Positions 1 through 11,934 of a DNA stretch of 64,000 nucleotides are shown in pieces. The notes beneath the pieces were generated by a model. That model saw nothing but the letters and a program-made list of their open reading frames with translations. It searched no databases and was not told the origin of the DNA. This stretch comes from an uncultured Chlamydiae bacterium. Its GTDB lineage: Bacteria > Chlamydiota > Chlamydiia > Chlamydiales > SM23-39. The position numbers and the translations under genes were made by a program. The stretch is from positions 299,045-363,044 of the forward strand of contig CAITMJ010000009.1 in assembly GCA_903893545.1 (NCBI GenBank), given 5' to 3'. Within the stretch, counting starts at the first letter, position 1, and every line of letters starts with the position of its first letter.

Positions 1-3000
1 AAGGACTTTGCAGCGTCTATCTTTTAGATTCCAAAGAAGAGATCGTATTTTCTGAATTTGCCTTTTCGCAAAAGTCGGGCATTTCCTATGGACCGCTCGA
101 GCCGTACGATTTTTCCTTCAACCATCCAGCGGGGATGTGCCCCACTTGCCATGGCCTCGGCGTTTCTAGCCAGTTCGATCTAGCAAAAATCATCGACCCA
201 AACTTATCGATTGCAGAGGATTGCTGCAAGATCGGCAGCTCTTATAAAACCGTCCGCTACGGCAACATCTACGACAATCTCGCAAAAATCTATAAGTTCA
301 ACGTTCACACGCCTTGGAAAGATCTGTCAGAAAAAGCGCGCCATGCATTCCTCTACGGCACCGAGAAAAAGTGGACCAGAATGACATTCGTTCACCCAGA
401 AAAAAAGACGAGATGGGTCGAGCCGGTCCAGTGGAAAGGGGTGATTGCAGAGGCTAAAGAGAGGCTCATTGCAGCAAAGAGCGATTCTTATCGCAGGAAT
501 ATGGCCGAGCTAATGACGGAAGGTGTCTGCATCGGTTGCAATGGAGATAGAATCAAACCCTATGCGGCGGCAACAGAGCTTGGCGGCAAAAAAATTGCCG
601 AACTAACCGCCATGACTCTTGCTGAGCTCGAAGAATTTTTCAAGAATTTAACACTTTCCGATCTAGACCAGAAAATTGCGGAAGAACTCCTCAAAGAGAT
701 CCGCGATCGGATCGCCTTTTTACTTCGCGTCGGGGTCCACTACCTATCGATCGACCGAACATCGCCAACGTTAAGCGGCGGAGAATCACAACGGGTTCGC
801 TTAGCATCGCAAATCGGCGCTGGCCTTGTAGGGGCGATTTATGTATTGGATGAACCGTCGATTGGCCTGCACCCGATCGATCACCATAAGCTCATCGATA
901 CGCTAAAAAGCCTCCGCGATCAGGGCAATACAGTCATCGTGGTCGAACATGACGCCGATACGATGCTAGCAGCCGATTCTATCGTCGATGTGGGGCCTGG
1001 CGCCGGCTCTCACGGAGGCAGAATCCTTGCGCACGGAAGCGTCGATGATCTGATGAATGCAAAAGAATCGATCACGGGAGGATATCTTTCCGGCAGGCTG
1101 AAAATCGAGATCCCGACAGTTCGCCGCAAGTTAAAAAAAGGCCTCGAGATCATCGGAGCCTCTCACCATAACTTAAAAAATATCGATGTTGAAATCCCCC
1201 TCGGCGGCCTTCTTTCTGTGACGGGTGTTTCCGGGTCTGGAAAATCATCGCTCATTTCCGATATCTTAGTCCCCGCTTTAACCAACAGGCTCCATAACGG
1301 CAAAATGACCGTCGGCGACCACAAAGAAATCCGCGGTCTTGAACACCTCGATAAGATCATTGCCGTCGATCAAACGCCGATCGGTAGAACGCCTAGATCC
1401 AATGCCGCGACCTACATCAAGCTCTTCGATGATATCCGCGATCTTTTCACAGAACTGCCCGAGTCGAAAATGCGCGGATTTACGGCAGGCCACTTTAGCT
1501 TCAATGTAAAAGAGGGCTCTTGTCCTTACTGCGGCGGCCTTGGCCAGGTGAAGATCGACATGGATTTCATGGAAGACGCGGCTGTTACCTGCCCTCAGTG
1601 TAAAGGCAGGCGTTTTGATCCGGAAATTTTAGCTGTCCAGTTCAAAGGGTTGAATATCTACGATATCTTGGAACTCGATGTCGAACATGCACTCCCCTTT
1701 TTCGAAGCCTTGCCCCACATTCGAAAAAAACTCGAGGTGTTGAGCCAAGTGGGCCTTGACTATCTCACCCTCGGCCAACCATCGACGACTCTTTCTGGCG
1801 GCGAGGCGCAGCGAATCAAGCTGGCCAAAGAACTCGTCCGCCCATCGACCGGAAGAACGCTCTACATCCTCGACGAACCGACGACAGGGCTCCATTTCCA
1901 CGACATCGGCAAGCTCATCTCCATTTTACAACGCCTCGTCGACAAAGGTAACACCGTCCTTGTGATCGAGCACAACATGGATCTTGTCAAAACAGCCGAT
2001 TGGGTGATCGAACTCGGCCCTGAAGCCGGTATTCACGGCGGTAAGATCGTAGCTGAAGGAACTCCAGAGACTATCGCCAAGAAAAACACTGCGACGGCCA
2101 TTGCCTTAAAAGACGTGCTCCATCCCAAGCAGATTGTAGTAAAAAAACAAGCTGAGAGAAAAGGAAAAGAGCTCGCCTCAATCCAGATTGAAAACGCCCA
2201 GCAAAATAACCTAAAAGGACTCGATCTAGAAATCCCGCGTGGCAAAATCACCGTATTTACAGGCCCTTCCGGTTCAGGTAAATCCTCTCTTGCCTTCGAG
2301 ACGATTTATGCAGAAGGACAGAGGCGCTATACCGAAACGCTCCCCGGCTACTCGCGCCAATACGTAAAGCAGCTCCCAAAACCCAAAGTCGACCGGATCG
2401 AAGGGCTCTCTCCATCGATTGCCCTCGAGCAAAAAACGGGAGGGCTTAACCCCAGAAGCACTGTGGGCACGCTGACTGAAATCTACGATCTTCTTCGCCT
2501 TTTATACGCCCACCTCGGCACCGCCTATGATCCAGAGACAGGCGATGAGATCCGGCACATCAGCAAAGAATACGTCGTTCGAAAAGTATTGGAGCGCCCT
2601 GAAGGAGAAAAAATCCTCATTTTAACGCCGATTGCCCTCGAGAAAAAAGAGACCTTTGAAGACCTTGTCGATCGCTTTGCAAAACAGGGCTTTTTGCGCC
2701 TTCGAATCAATGGAACCCTCTATGAACTCGACCAGCCGATTCCTTTCGAAAAACACCGAAAAAATGAACTCTTTCTCGTCGTTGACCGGATGACGGTTGA
2801 CCAGAAAAATGAAAAAAGACTCTTTGAAGCGGTAGAAAAAGCAACGCAAATGTCCGATGGGATCGTCGTCGTCGCAGGAAAAGAAGATGCTTTTTTTAAC
2901 CTCGCATTTGCGGTAGAAAAAACGGGAAGATCCTATCCGCCGATTACGCCCCAAACATTTTCCTTCAACGCAGAAGCCGGCATGTGCCAAGAATGTCAAG

Positions 3001-4934
3001 GCCTCGGCATGACCTACGGCGCCCACTTTGAAGAAAACGCAACTTTGCAAAGAAAATCGATCCTAGATCTTTGCGATCGCCTCTTTAAAGACAAAGGGAG
3101 CGCGGAAAGTTATACACTCATCGAAAAATACTTCGGCAAATCGGTCGATGTCCCACTGAAAAAACTCTCCCCTGAAGAGAGGAACATCTTTTTTAATGGC
3201 GGTCCAGAAAAAACCATTAAAGGCCTCACCTTCCAATGGAAAGGGCTCCATCCCCTCTTTGCCAACGCCGCAAGGATGGCCGTCCGATCGATCCGAGAAT
3301 CGCTCCTCCCCTATTTATCGATGAGCCCCTGCCCCTCTTGCCAAGGCGCTCGCCTAAATCCACTCGCGCGCAACGTACGAATCCAAAAACTCTCGATTGG
3401 AGACTTTTGCAATCTGCCACTCTCCGATGCGCTAGAGTTTGCTAAAAAGTTAACTCCGGAGACCTTTCTTCAAGAAACACACAGCCAAATTCTCAAATCG
3501 CTCGATTTTCTTCTCTCCATTGGCGTCGGTTATCTCTCTCTTAGCCGCTCCGCTCCAACTTTAAGCGGTGGAGAGTTGCAGCGGATCCGCCTGGCCAAAC
3601 AACTCGGCTCTGGCCTTACCTCCTGCCTCTACGTCCTCGACGAGCCGACCATTGGACTCCATCCCCACAACAACGAACTTTTAAATAAAGCGCTGAAAAA
3701 ACTCTGCGACCTCGGCAACACCCTACTTCTCGTTGAACACGATCCATTGACCGTAATGCAGGCCGACTACCTCGTCGATTTCGGCCCAAAAGCGGGCAAA
3801 GATGGAGGGCATATCACTGCGTCCGGAACCATTGAGCAAATTCTCTCCAACCCAAATTCTCTAACTGGGCAATATTTAAGTGGGAAAAAGAAAATTCCAG
3901 TGCCTAAAAAACGGCGCCCCTTCTCGCCAGATATTCGGATCGAACATGCAAATATCCACAATTTAAAAGATCTAACTTTGGCCTTCCCAAAAGCGGCCAT
4001 CACGTGCCTTACCGGAGTGTCAGGTTCTGGCAAATCATCCCTCATGCGCCACCTCTTAAGACCGGCTGCGGAAAAATCGGTCAATACAAGAAGACCCGAA
4101 GAGCCGATCGACTATCTCGGCACAAAATTCTACGGACTTTCCTCTTTTGAAAAAGTAGTCTCGATCGACCAGTCTCCTATCGGACAAACCGCACGCGCCG
4201 ACGTCAGCACCTACACCGATATCCAGCCACTTCTCCGCGCTCACTACGCAGCCATGCCACAAGCCAAGATCAAAGGGCTCCAAGGGCGCCACTTCAGTCC
4301 CAACCATATCCGCGGCATGTGCCGCACTTGCTGGGGGCTTGGCTACAAAACCGTCGACCTTCAATTCCTCCCCTCCGTGCGGGTCCCTTGCGAAGCGTGC
4401 CATGGCCAAAGGCTAAACCCCATTTCCCTCGAAGTGCTCTACAAAGGTAAACACCTAGGCCAGGTTCTCGAAATGAGCGTCGAAGAGGCGTTGCAGTGGT
4501 TCTCAGAGATCCCCCGCATCGTCAAACGGCTGGCAACCCTCGCTTCAGTTGGTCTTTCCTACCTCAAACTCGGCCAGGAAGTCGCCTCTCTTTCCGGCGG
4601 CGAAGCGCAGCGGCTCCGCCTTTCCCGCGAACTTGCCAAGCGCGAATCGGGAAAAAACCTCTACCTCATCGATGAGCCGACCGTTGGCCTCCACAGCGAA
4701 GACATCGCCAAACTGCTCCCCATCTTCCAGTCTCTTGCGAACAAAAAAAACACCCTCCTCATCATCGAGCACAACCTCGACGTCATCGCAAGCGCTGATT
4801 ACCTCATCGACCTCGGCCCCGATGCGGGCATCTTCGGTGGCCAAATCATGGCTCAGGGAACTCCCGAAGAGCTCGCCAAATCAAAGCATTCCAAAACAGC
4901 CCCCTTTCTAAAAGCACACCTAAAAAACAGTTAA
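1..4934 (+). CDS. uvrA: Excinuclease ABC subunit A, double-length (tandem UvrA-UvrA) form; 5' end lies upstream of the window
   Basis: The frame of the 135..4934 ORF stays open back to nt 3 ([53 protein letters not shown]), so the listed Met is internal. Three Walker A sites are visible ([27 protein letters not shown]). There are four ABC signatures ([32 protein letters not shown]) plus CxxC zinc modules. A complete second UvrA unit begins near nt 2180 ([41 protein letters not shown]). Confidence 0.95.
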   Translation, partial: GLCSVYLLDSKEEIVFSEFAFSQKSGISYGPLEPYDFSFNHPAGMCPTCHGLGVSSQFDLAKIIDPNLSIAEDCCKIGSSYKTVRYGNIYDNLAKIYKFNVHTPWKDLSEKARHAFLYGTEKKWTRMTFVHPEKKTRWVEPVQWKGVIAEAKERLIAAKSDSYRRNMAELMTEGVCIGCNGDRIKPYAAATELGGKKIAELTAMTLAELEEFFKNLTLSDLDQKIAEELLKEIRDRIAFLLRVGVHYLSIDRTSPTLSGGESQRVRLASQIGAGLVGAIYVLDEPSIGLHPIDHHKLIDTLKSLRDQGNTVIVVEHDADTMLAADSIVDVGPGAGSHGGRILAHGSVDDLMNAKESITGGYLSGRLKIEIPTVRRKLKKGLEIIGASHHNLKNIDVEIPLGGLLSVTGVSGSGKSSLISDILVPALTNRLHNGKMTVGDHKEIRGLEHLDKIIAVDQTPIGRTPRSNAATYIKLFDDIRDLFTELPESKMRGFTAGHFSFNVKEGSCPYCGGLGQVKIDMDFMEDAAVTCPQCKGRRFDPEILAVQFKGLNIYDILELDVEHALPFFEALPHIRKKLEVLSQVGLDYLTLGQPSTTLSGGEAQRIKLAKELVRPSTGRTLYILDEPTTGLHFHDIGKLISILQRLVDKGNTVLVIEHNMDLVKTADWVIELGPEAGIHGGKIVAEGTPETIAKKNTATAIALKDVLHPKQIVVKKQAERKGKELASIQIENAQQNNLKGLDLEIPRGKITVFTGPSGSGKSSLAFETIYAEGQRRYTETLPGYSRQYVKQLPKPKVDRIEGLSPSIALEQKTGGLNPRSTVGTLTEIYDLLRLLYAHLGTAYDPETGDEIRHISKEYVVRKVLERPEGEKILILTPIALEKKETFEDLVDRFAKQGFLRLRINGTLYELDQPIPFEKHRKNELFLVVDRMTVDQKNEKRLFEAVEKATQMSDGIVVVAGKEDAFFNLAFAVEKTGRSYPPITPQTFSFNAEAGMCQECQGLGMTYGAHFEENATLQRKSILDLCDRLFKDKGSAESYTLIEKYFGKSVDVPLKKLSPEERNIFFNGGPEKTIKGLTFQWKGLHPLFANAARMAVRSIRESLLPYLSMSPCPSCQGARLNPLARNVRIQKLSIGDFCNLPLSDALEFAKKLTPETFLQETHSQILKSLDFLLSIGVGYLSLSRSAPTLSGGELQRIRLAKQLGSGLTSCLYVLDEPTIGLHPHNNELLNKALKKLCDLGNTLLLVEHDPLTVMQADYLVDFGPKAGKDGGHITASGTIEQILSNPNSLTGQYLSGKKKIPVPKKRRPFSPDIRIEHANIHNLKDLTLAFPKAAITCLTGVSGSGKSSLMRHLLRPAAEKSVNTRRPEEPIDYLGTKFYGLSSFEKVVSIDQSPIGQTARADVSTYTDIQPLLRAHYAAMPQAKIKGLQGRHFSPNHIRGMCRTCWGLGYKTVDLQFLPSVRVPCEACHGQRLNPISLEVLYKGKHLGQVLEMSVEEALQWFSEIPRIVKRLATLASVGLSYLKLGQEVASLSGGEAQRLRLSRELAKRESGKNLYLIDEPTVGLHSEDIAKLLPIFQSLANKKNTLLIIEHNLDVIASADYLIDLGPDAGIFGGQIMAQGTPEELAKSKHSKTAPFLKAHLKNS

Positions 4935-4985
4935 GGAAAAAAATAAGAAACCTCTATTGTTAGAAAAAAAAGCTCGGAGGTTCTC

Positions 4986-5357
4986 ATGGCACATCCAATG
5001 ACTTCTCGCAAACACGCGCAAATCTTTTACACCACTCTATTTCTTGTAGGCATCGCGGCTCTTGTCTACACCGATGCGTGGTGGCCCGGAATCATGCTTG
5101 TCATCGGCGTTCCCCTCGCGCTGCGGCAATATCTTTTAGGCAGGAAGTATGACATGATGATTTCACTTCTCGTCTTTGTCGGCACATTCATCACCGTTCA
5201 ATTCGATATTTCCTGGCGTATCTTTCTCCCCATTCTCTTCACGCTTGGCGCCATCTACGTCTTATGCCGCGAGCTGTTAGAGAGTGGGACTCCCACAGAA
5301 GCCGAAGAGGAAGAAGACACCAACCATGAACTCGAAGAGAAAAAGAAAAAACATTAA
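4986..5357 (+). CDS. Small hypothetical membrane protein with acidic/lysine-rich C-terminal tail
   Basis: A GGAGG sits 5 nt upstream of the ATG. The protein has three hydrophobic segments followed by an EAEEEEDTNHELEEKKKKH tail. Its TAA stop directly abuts the ATG of the next gene. Confidence 0.5.
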   Translation: MAHPMTSRKHAQIFYTTLFLVGIAALVYTDAWWPGIMLVIGVPLALRQYLLGRKYDMMISLLVFVGTFITVQFDISWRIFLPILFTLGAIYVLCRELLESGTPTEAEEEEDTNHELEEKKKKH

Positions 5358-6155
5358 ATGTCGGATAGACTCAAAGGTAAAATAGCCCTCATTACCGGTG
5401 CAGCCCAAGGGATTGGACTGGCATGCGCTCAAGCTTTTGCAAAAGAAGGAGCTTTCGTATTTCTTTCAGATGTAAATGACGATTTGGGAAAGAAAGTTGC
5501 AGATAAGATCGGTAAAGAGGCCAAATACCTTCACCTAGACGTACAACACGAGAGCGACTGGGAGTCTGCCATGAAACAAATCCCTCATCTCGATATCCTC
5601 ATCAACAATGCGGGGATTACAGGCTTTCAACCGGGATTTGGATTGCAAGATCCAGAAAATGCCTCTCTAGATAGCTGGAGAAAAGTACATGCGGTCAACT
5701 CCGACGGCGTTTTCCTAGGCTGTAAAAAAGCGATCCAAAAGATGAAGGCAAGAAGAGGTTCTATTGTAAACATCTCCTCTAGGTCCGGTCTTGTCGGAAT
5801 CCCAGGAGCCGCTGCCTATGCAGCGAGTAAAGCGGCCGTTCGCAATCATACAAAAAGCGTTGCCCTCTACTGCTGTCAGCAAGGGTACGATATTCGGTGC
5901 AACTCCATCCATCCGGCTGCGATCTTGACGCCCATGTGGGAGCCCATGCTCGGATCTGGCAAAGAAAGAGAGGAGAGACTCGCTGACTTTGCAAAAGATA
6001 TCCCCATGCACAGGCTTGGAGAGCCAAAAGATGTCGCCTATGCAGCGCTATTTCTCGCCTCTGATGAATCGAAATACATCACAGGGATCGAACTCACCGT
6101 CGATGGCGGCATCCTCGCCGGAAGCTGCGCGTCTCCTAGTCGAAAAAATGAATAA
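5358..6155 (+). CDS. Short-chain dehydrogenase/reductase (SDR) family oxidoreductase
   Basis: The cofactor motif TGAAQGIG, NNAG, and the catalytic YAASKAA (YxxxK) are all present. The length is about 265 aa. Confidence 0.85.
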   Translation: MSDRLKGKIALITGAAQGIGLACAQAFAKEGAFVFLSDVNDDLGKKVADKIGKEAKYLHLDVQHESDWESAMKQIPHLDILINNAGITGFQPGFGLQDPENASLDSWRKVHAVNSDGVFLGCKKAIQKMKARRGSIVNISSRSGLVGIPGAAAYAASKAAVRNHTKSVALYCCQQGYDIRCNSIHPAAILTPMWEPMLGSGKEREERLADFAKDIPMHRLGEPKDVAYAALFLASDESKYITGIELTVDGGILAGSCASPSRKNE

Positions 6156-6234
6156 GAATAACCAAAGTTTGAGCGCGCTCATCTGGAGTCCCAATGTGGC
6201 CATCTTGAGCTTCGTCTTCTCTATGGCGCCATCC

Positions 6235-7524
6235 TCACAGGCTTGTAAAAGAAGAGTGTCCTAGTGAAAAGCTTTCGAAGACTTCTTTCGCAGAAGGCCT
6301 ATGCTCTGGACGAGGATCTAGCATCTCATTGATTAATTTCAAAAGAAATGGAGGAGTTTGTGGATAAGTAGGCTGTTGCAGAACCCAGTCAGGAGCTAAT
6401 GTAGAAGTCCAAAGTTCCGTCTCATCCTGATCAAAATACCAATACTGTTGATGGTCTGTTGAGAAAATTTCATATAAAGAGAGCCCCATCGCCCAAACAT
6501 CTTGTTTTGATGTCATCTCTTTCTTTGCATAATATTCTGGAGGAGCAATAAAAACTGTAGTTAACCCATATGTCTCTTTGCCATACAAACGAAAAGTGCC
6601 AAAATCAGCAATGACAGCTTCGATATTTTTCTTCTCCCCCCTTTTCAAAAGCAAATTGGCAGGAGAAAGGTCTCCATGAATCCCTTTTTCGGAGATACTA
6701 GACAATCCTTCCAGCAACTGTGAGATCATGTTTAACCCTTCGCTCAAGGTAAATCGAAAAGGGCGGTTTTTTAAATAATTGAATAGGTTGCATTCGTACA
6801 TAGGCAAAAAAATAACACTTTTATGATCGTACACTCCGCCAGAAATCAGAGAAATAATCCCCCTTTTTCCAGAAAAGGATTCAAGAGCGAGGAGCTCTTG
6901 AATACACTGCAAAGAATTCTGTTCTGAACACTTCCCTGTGAATACTTTTTTAGCGACAAGTTGTGGACTTCCTTGCGGAGCTGTAAGCCATAAAACTTTT
7001 CTTATTTTCCCATAAGAGCCGGAACCAAGATAGCTCGTCTTTTTTAAATTAATAAATACATTGGTCGAGGAGTCTATTTCAGGAAAATACATTCCCGGAG
7101 CGCCTTTTACTCCTAATTTTTTCCCTGATAGATAACGCACGCCATTGCATAGAGATCTACCAATTACACAATTAGCGAACGAAACATTTTTATATAAAAA
7201 AAACGAAAAACATTCAGAAGGTATAAGATCTGATATAACCGGAATAGATTTTCTTAATAAATATGCGATGACAGATGCATTTTGAATCACTTTTTGCAGA
7301 TCCTCAGGTATCTCTGCTACAGCCCTCCAAATCGTTGGACAAACCCCAATTTTTTGTAATTCGTCTTCTTTTATAAAGACTGACGTTTCTGGGTCAGCGA
7401 CCTTTAAATGGACAAAAAACGGGCTGGCTTCTGGAATCTCGTCCTGATAATTTAACGGGACATTTGGGAACTCTTCAAAGCGTAGCTGTCTAAGGGGCTG
7501 ATCGAGTTGAGCGCGTATAGTCAT
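6235..7524 (-). CDS. Eukaryotic-like Ser/Thr protein kinase-domain protein with an unassigned ~170-aa N-terminal region
   Basis: Kinase motifs are the G-loop GSGSYGK, VAKKVF (catalytic Lys), HGDLSPANLLL (HGD instead of HRD), ADFGTF (DFG), APPEYY (APE) and DVWAMGLSLYEIF. The gene is visibly AT-richer than its neighbours. Confidence 0.8.
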   Translation of the reverse strand: MTIRAQLDQPLRQLRFEEFPNVPLNYQDEIPEASPFFVHLKVADPETSVFIKEDELQKIGVCPTIWRAVAEIPEDLQKVIQNASVIAYLLRKSIPVISDLIPSECFSFFLYKNVSFANCVIGRSLCNGVRYLSGKKLGVKGAPGMYFPEIDSSTNVFINLKKTSYLGSGSYGKIRKVLWLTAPQGSPQLVAKKVFTGKCSEQNSLQCIQELLALESFSGKRGIISLISGGVYDHKSVIFLPMYECNLFNYLKNRPFRFTLSEGLNMISQLLEGLSSISEKGIHGDLSPANLLLKRGEKKNIEAVIADFGTFRLYGKETYGLTTVFIAPPEYYAKKEMTSKQDVWAMGLSLYEIFSTDHQQYWYFDQDETELWTSTLAPDWVLQQPTYPQTPPFLLKLINEMLDPRPEHRPSAKEVFESFSLGHSSFTSL

Positions 7525-7540
7525 CGTTTACAAGGGGGGC

Positions 7541-8590
<1,050 letters not shown>

Positions 8591-8594
8591 TTAC

Positions 8595-8984
8595 TCACCT
8601 TCCTGTATTCGAAAGGGGTGGAAAGCCTTTTGATTGGACGTAGTTGTTAATGGTTGTGGCAATGCTGGTCTTGCCATGAAGTTTCGCTAAGAACAAAGTA
8701 TGCTCGAGAGTCTCACTTGAGATCTGATCGGTCTCCTGAAAATACGTTTGCAGCCCCTTATCATTTCCTTCTCGAGCAAACTCCCATAGAATCAATCGGT
8801 CCTTTAGATCTGCAGGCTCTCGAGGAGATGGGCACTGATAAAGTTCCCATGTAGCTTCAGTAGAGGCGCCTACAGCCTCAGCTGTAGCTTCAACAGCAGA
8901 GGTATTTATAGCTTCAACAGCAGAGGCGTTTGTAGCTTCGGTAGAGACCTTGAGAGTTAAAGCAACATCCATATACTTCTCCAT
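8595..8984 (-). CDS. Hypothetical protein with N-terminal degenerate Ala/Glu/Thr repeats
   Basis: This is an ORF-only call. The N-terminus (TEATNASAVEAINTSAVEATAEAVGASTEAT) is encoded by a degenerate tandem DNA repeat at about 8846-8950. No family was recognised. Confidence 0.35.
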   Translation of the reverse strand: MEKYMDVALTLKVSTEATNASAVEAINTSAVEATAEAVGASTEATWELYQCPSPREPADLKDRLILWEFAREGNDKGLQTYFQETDQISSETLEHTLFLAKLHGKTSIATTINNYVQSKGFPPLSNTGR

Positions 8985-9121
8985 TTTTACTTTTTTGAGG
9001 GCGAATTCTCAGCTAATTCGCATTTCCCTGTCAACTGCTATCAGGTAGTCAAGAAATCTCTTGCGTAATATACTGCGCGCGGATAGATTCTTGGATTTCG
9101 GTGGCCTTAAGGTGATCCCGA

Positions 9122-9139
9122 TTTGAACGATCGTTCAAA
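9122..9139. promoter_or_regulatory. Perfect 18-bp palindrome TTTGAACGATCGTTCAAA nested inside a 10-bp inverted repeat; candidate operator or 5'-UTR structure upstream of pknD
   Basis: The palindrome was read directly from the sequence. The flanking inverted repeat is TATACTGCGC (9069-9078) and GCGCAGTATA (9184-9193). It lies in the 235-bp intergenic region between divergent genes. Confidence 0.3.
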
Positions 9140-9219
9140 GATGGGCCGCCCCAATGGTCACAAAAATTTAAGAAGCTACCCGTGCGCAGTATACCTCGGA
9201 ATTTGGGATTACCTTTGAC

Positions 9220-11934
9220 GTGAGCGAGAAGAAAACTATCAAACCGACTCCCCTTCCAAAGGCGATCGGGCCCTACAAGATTTTAGAGAGCTTAGGCCGC
9301 GGCGGCATGGGCGAGGTATTCCTCGCGCTCGATCCGACGTTTGGAAGAAAGGTCGCCCTGAAGCGAATTCGCACTGAGCTGCAGAAAAATCAAACGATCC
9401 AGAGACGATTTTTGCGAGAGGCAAAGGTCGCCAGCTCCTTGACCCACCCTTCGATCATTCCCATTTTGACGATCCAGATCGAACCTCCCGATATTTACTA
9501 CACGATGCCGTACGTCGAGGGAGAAACTCTCCGGCAAATTTTGCGCAAAGCCAAAGATCAAGAGACCCATTCGATCGATTGCTCCATCCCGGCGCTCTCC
9601 CGTATCTTTTTGCAGGTTTGTGAAGCGGTTGCCTACACTCATTCCAAGGGCATTTTGCACCGCGATCTAAAGCCGGAAAACATCATCGTCGGCAAGTACG
9701 GCGAGGTGATGATTTTAGATTGGGGAATTGCCGATTTTATCGATAGCTTAGAGAGCGATGAGAGCTTGCCAGAGGTAAGAAAAGAGAGCGAAGATTTGAC
9801 CAGACCCGGCAAAATCACGGGAACTCTTGCCTACATGGCCCCGGAGAGGTTGAAAGGAAAGTCGAGCTCCGTCCAAACGGATCTCTACGCTCTTGGCGTG
9901 ATCTTGTATCAGATTTTGGCCTTGCAGCTCCCCTTTCAAAGAAAGACGATCGCCGCGTTCAAGAAAACGGTTGATAATGAACAAATCGTAGGCCCGATTG
10001 AAGCGGCTCCTTACCGAGAAATCCCCCATCAACTCGCGGCGCTATCGACAAAATGCTTGGCCAAAGATCCTTCTGAGCGGTTTCAAACGGTAGAGGAGCT
10101 TATCGTCGAGCTGAAAAAATCGATCGAGGGACGCCCCGAATGGATTTTAGCGGGAGAGCTCAACCTCAAAAATAAAGAGGATTGGCAATTTCAGGAAAAT
10201 GTCCTCTTGGCTAAACACTTGGCCATCACGCGCAACTTCGATGTGACGCAGTGGGCGGCTCTTTCGATCTCAAAAATGACGTTTGAAGAGAACTTAAGGC
10301 TCGACGCAAAGGTAAAAATGCCTTCGAAGGGAGAAGGGATTGGCTTTCTTTTGAGCGTTCCTGCGCCTGGCGAGAGTTTGGAAGAGGGATATCTTCTTTG
10401 GGTCGGATCGGAAAGTTCTCCTTCCTGTCAGCTTTTTCGGAGCAATGTTCAGGTACTTGAAGCCCCAAATATTTTCTTGCGCTCCAATGAATGGCACCGC
10501 GTCCGCATTGAAAAAATCGATGACCATCTGAAGTTCTATTTGGATGGAGAGTTAAAACTCTCGTTTGTGAGCCATTTGCCCCTTTCTGGAAAACATATCG
10601 GCATTTTGGCCAAAGACGACCGCTTTGAGATCCAATACTGCAAAATTTACGACGGCAGCCACAATGTGATGGTCGGATGTCTGGCCGTTCCCAATGCATT
10701 TTTAAGCCGCGACCTTTTCGATATCGCGCTCGAAGAATATCGACGTATCGGGCAGTGTTTTCCTGGGCGAATGGAAGGGAGAGAAGCTCTTTTTCGCGCA
10801 GGCCTTACGATTTTAGAAAAGGCTAAGCTCGAAAAGAACAAAGTGACCCAAGAAAAGCTCTTTCATCTGGCGCTGAAAGAATTTGAAAAGCTCTACCGCA
10901 CTCCCGGCGCTCCTTTCGAATACCTTGGAAAATCACTGGTCTATCAGGCGATGGGCGATGCAGAGGAAGAGTCGAAATGTTTAGAACTTGCCCTCCGAAA
11001 ATTCCCGCGCCACCCTCTTCTATCGGTCTTAAAAGAACACATCGTCTATCGGATGCATGAGAGCTCTCTTAGCAACCGAGAAGCCGCCTATCGGATCATC
11101 CTCCTTGCGATTCGGCATATTCCCGATCTTTTGAGCAATGCAGATACGCGAACCCTGATCGATAGCCTGAAAAGAAATTGGGAACCACTCCCTTTTATCG
11201 AAGGGCCCGCCGATTCGCTCGACGAAATCTCGATCCAGCTCGCCTTTTGGCTGGCAAAAGTCCCGATCCTCGTAGAAATCGCAAAAGGGCTTACAGATGA
11301 GGTTGCTCTTTGTAATGCACTCCACGCCCTTTTGGAATTAGAAGCGGTCGAAGAAGTAAAAGCTCTTTTGAAGGAAGTCAAGCTCTCGCCAGAGCGAAAA
11401 ACGAGCCTAGAAATCGCCCTTTTAAAACCCGATGAAACAGCCATTCAAAAAGCGTTGCAATGCAAAGTGGAAACGAGAACTTTTTATCACCTTCTTCGAG
11501 GAGCTTTGAAAGCTTCATCTCCAACGCTTGTCCGAAATACCATTGAAACGCTCAAAAAAAAGACACCGGAATTTATCGCCCTTGAACTCTGGAGCCTTCT
11601 TCTTGAAAAAAAATGGAAAGAAGCTTCCAGCTTAATCAAAAAAACCACTAAAAAATCATTTCTAGAAGAGAGGTCTCCTCTCCATTTTCCCTACGGATGC
11701 TGGCTCTATACGCAGGAAGGACAAGATGCCGCTCTTGCCCATTTTGGCGAGGCGCTCGATACGCCCTATCCTGCAACTCCTGCACTTCCCAGCCATTTTC
11801 TCACCGGTCGCATCAATGAGAAAAAAGGGTGGGTCGAACGGGCTTTTTGGTGGGAGAAAAAAGAGCTCTATCGGCAGATCGATCTCTTCTACAAAATCAT
11901 CGGGAAAAAGAGTGGAAAAGCCAAAAATCCTTAA
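9220..11934 (+). CDS. pknD: Ser/Thr protein kinase PknD-type (N-terminal kinase plus ~600-aa C-terminal extension)
   Basis: Kinase motifs are GRGGMGEV, VALKRI, HRDLKPENIIV, DWGIADF and LAYMAPE. The start is GTG. The gene sits directly upstream of valS, as pknD does in Chlamydia (from memory). Confidence 0.9.
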   Translation: MSEKKTIKPTPLPKAIGPYKILESLGRGGMGEVFLALDPTFGRKVALKRIRTELQKNQTIQRRFLREAKVASSLTHPSIIPILTIQIEPPDIYYTMPYVEGETLRQILRKAKDQETHSIDCSIPALSRIFLQVCEAVAYTHSKGILHRDLKPENIIVGKYGEVMILDWGIADFIDSLESDESLPEVRKESEDLTRPGKITGTLAYMAPERLKGKSSSVQTDLYALGVILYQILALQLPFQRKTIAAFKKTVDNEQIVGPIEAAPYREIPHQLAALSTKCLAKDPSERFQTVEELIVELKKSIEGRPEWILAGELNLKNKEDWQFQENVLLAKHLAITRNFDVTQWAALSISKMTFEENLRLDAKVKMPSKGEGIGFLLSVPAPGESLEEGYLLWVGSESSPSCQLFRSNVQVLEAPNIFLRSNEWHRVRIEKIDDHLKFYLDGELKLSFVSHLPLSGKHIGILAKDDRFEIQYCKIYDGSHNVMVGCLAVPNAFLSRDLFDIALEEYRRIGQCFPGRMEGREALFRAGLTILEKAKLEKNKVTQEKLFHLALKEFEKLYRTPGAPFEYLGKSLVYQAMGDAEEESKCLELALRKFPRHPLLSVLKEHIVYRMHESSLSNREAAYRIILLAIRHIPDLLSNADTRTLIDSLKRNWEPLPFIEGPADSLDEISIQLAFWLAKVPILVEIAKGLTDEVALCNALHALLELEAVEEVKALLKEVKLSPERKTSLEIALLKPDETAIQKALQCKVETRTFYHLLRGALKASSPTLVRNTIETLKKKTPEFIALELWSLLLEKKWKEASSLIKKTTKKSFLEERSPLHFPYGCWLYTQEGQDAALAHFGEALDTPYPATPALPSHFLTGRINEKKGWVERAFWWEKKELYRQIDLFYKIIGKKSGKAKNP

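Noticed and set aside
6156-6234. Palindrome TGAGCGCGCTCA between the convergent SDR and kinase genes, considered as a terminator
   Set aside because: This is a perfect palindrome with no loop, giving an effective stem of about 4 bp, and no T-tract follows. It is not convincing as a terminator.
8846-8950. Short tandem DNA repeat considered as a possible CRISPR or VNTR
   Set aside because: Only about 2.5 degenerate ~27-bp units are present, without unique spacers. They lie inside an ORF and encode an AVEA(I/T)N(T/A)S peptide repeat. This is not a CRISPR array.
11726-11911. N-terminal extension of the Nudix ORF overlapping pknD in another frame
   Set aside because: The extension is Ser/Arg/Lys-rich with no Nudix-family similarity and would overlap pknD by 209 nt. 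A GTG at 11912 gives a normal-length Nudix protein.
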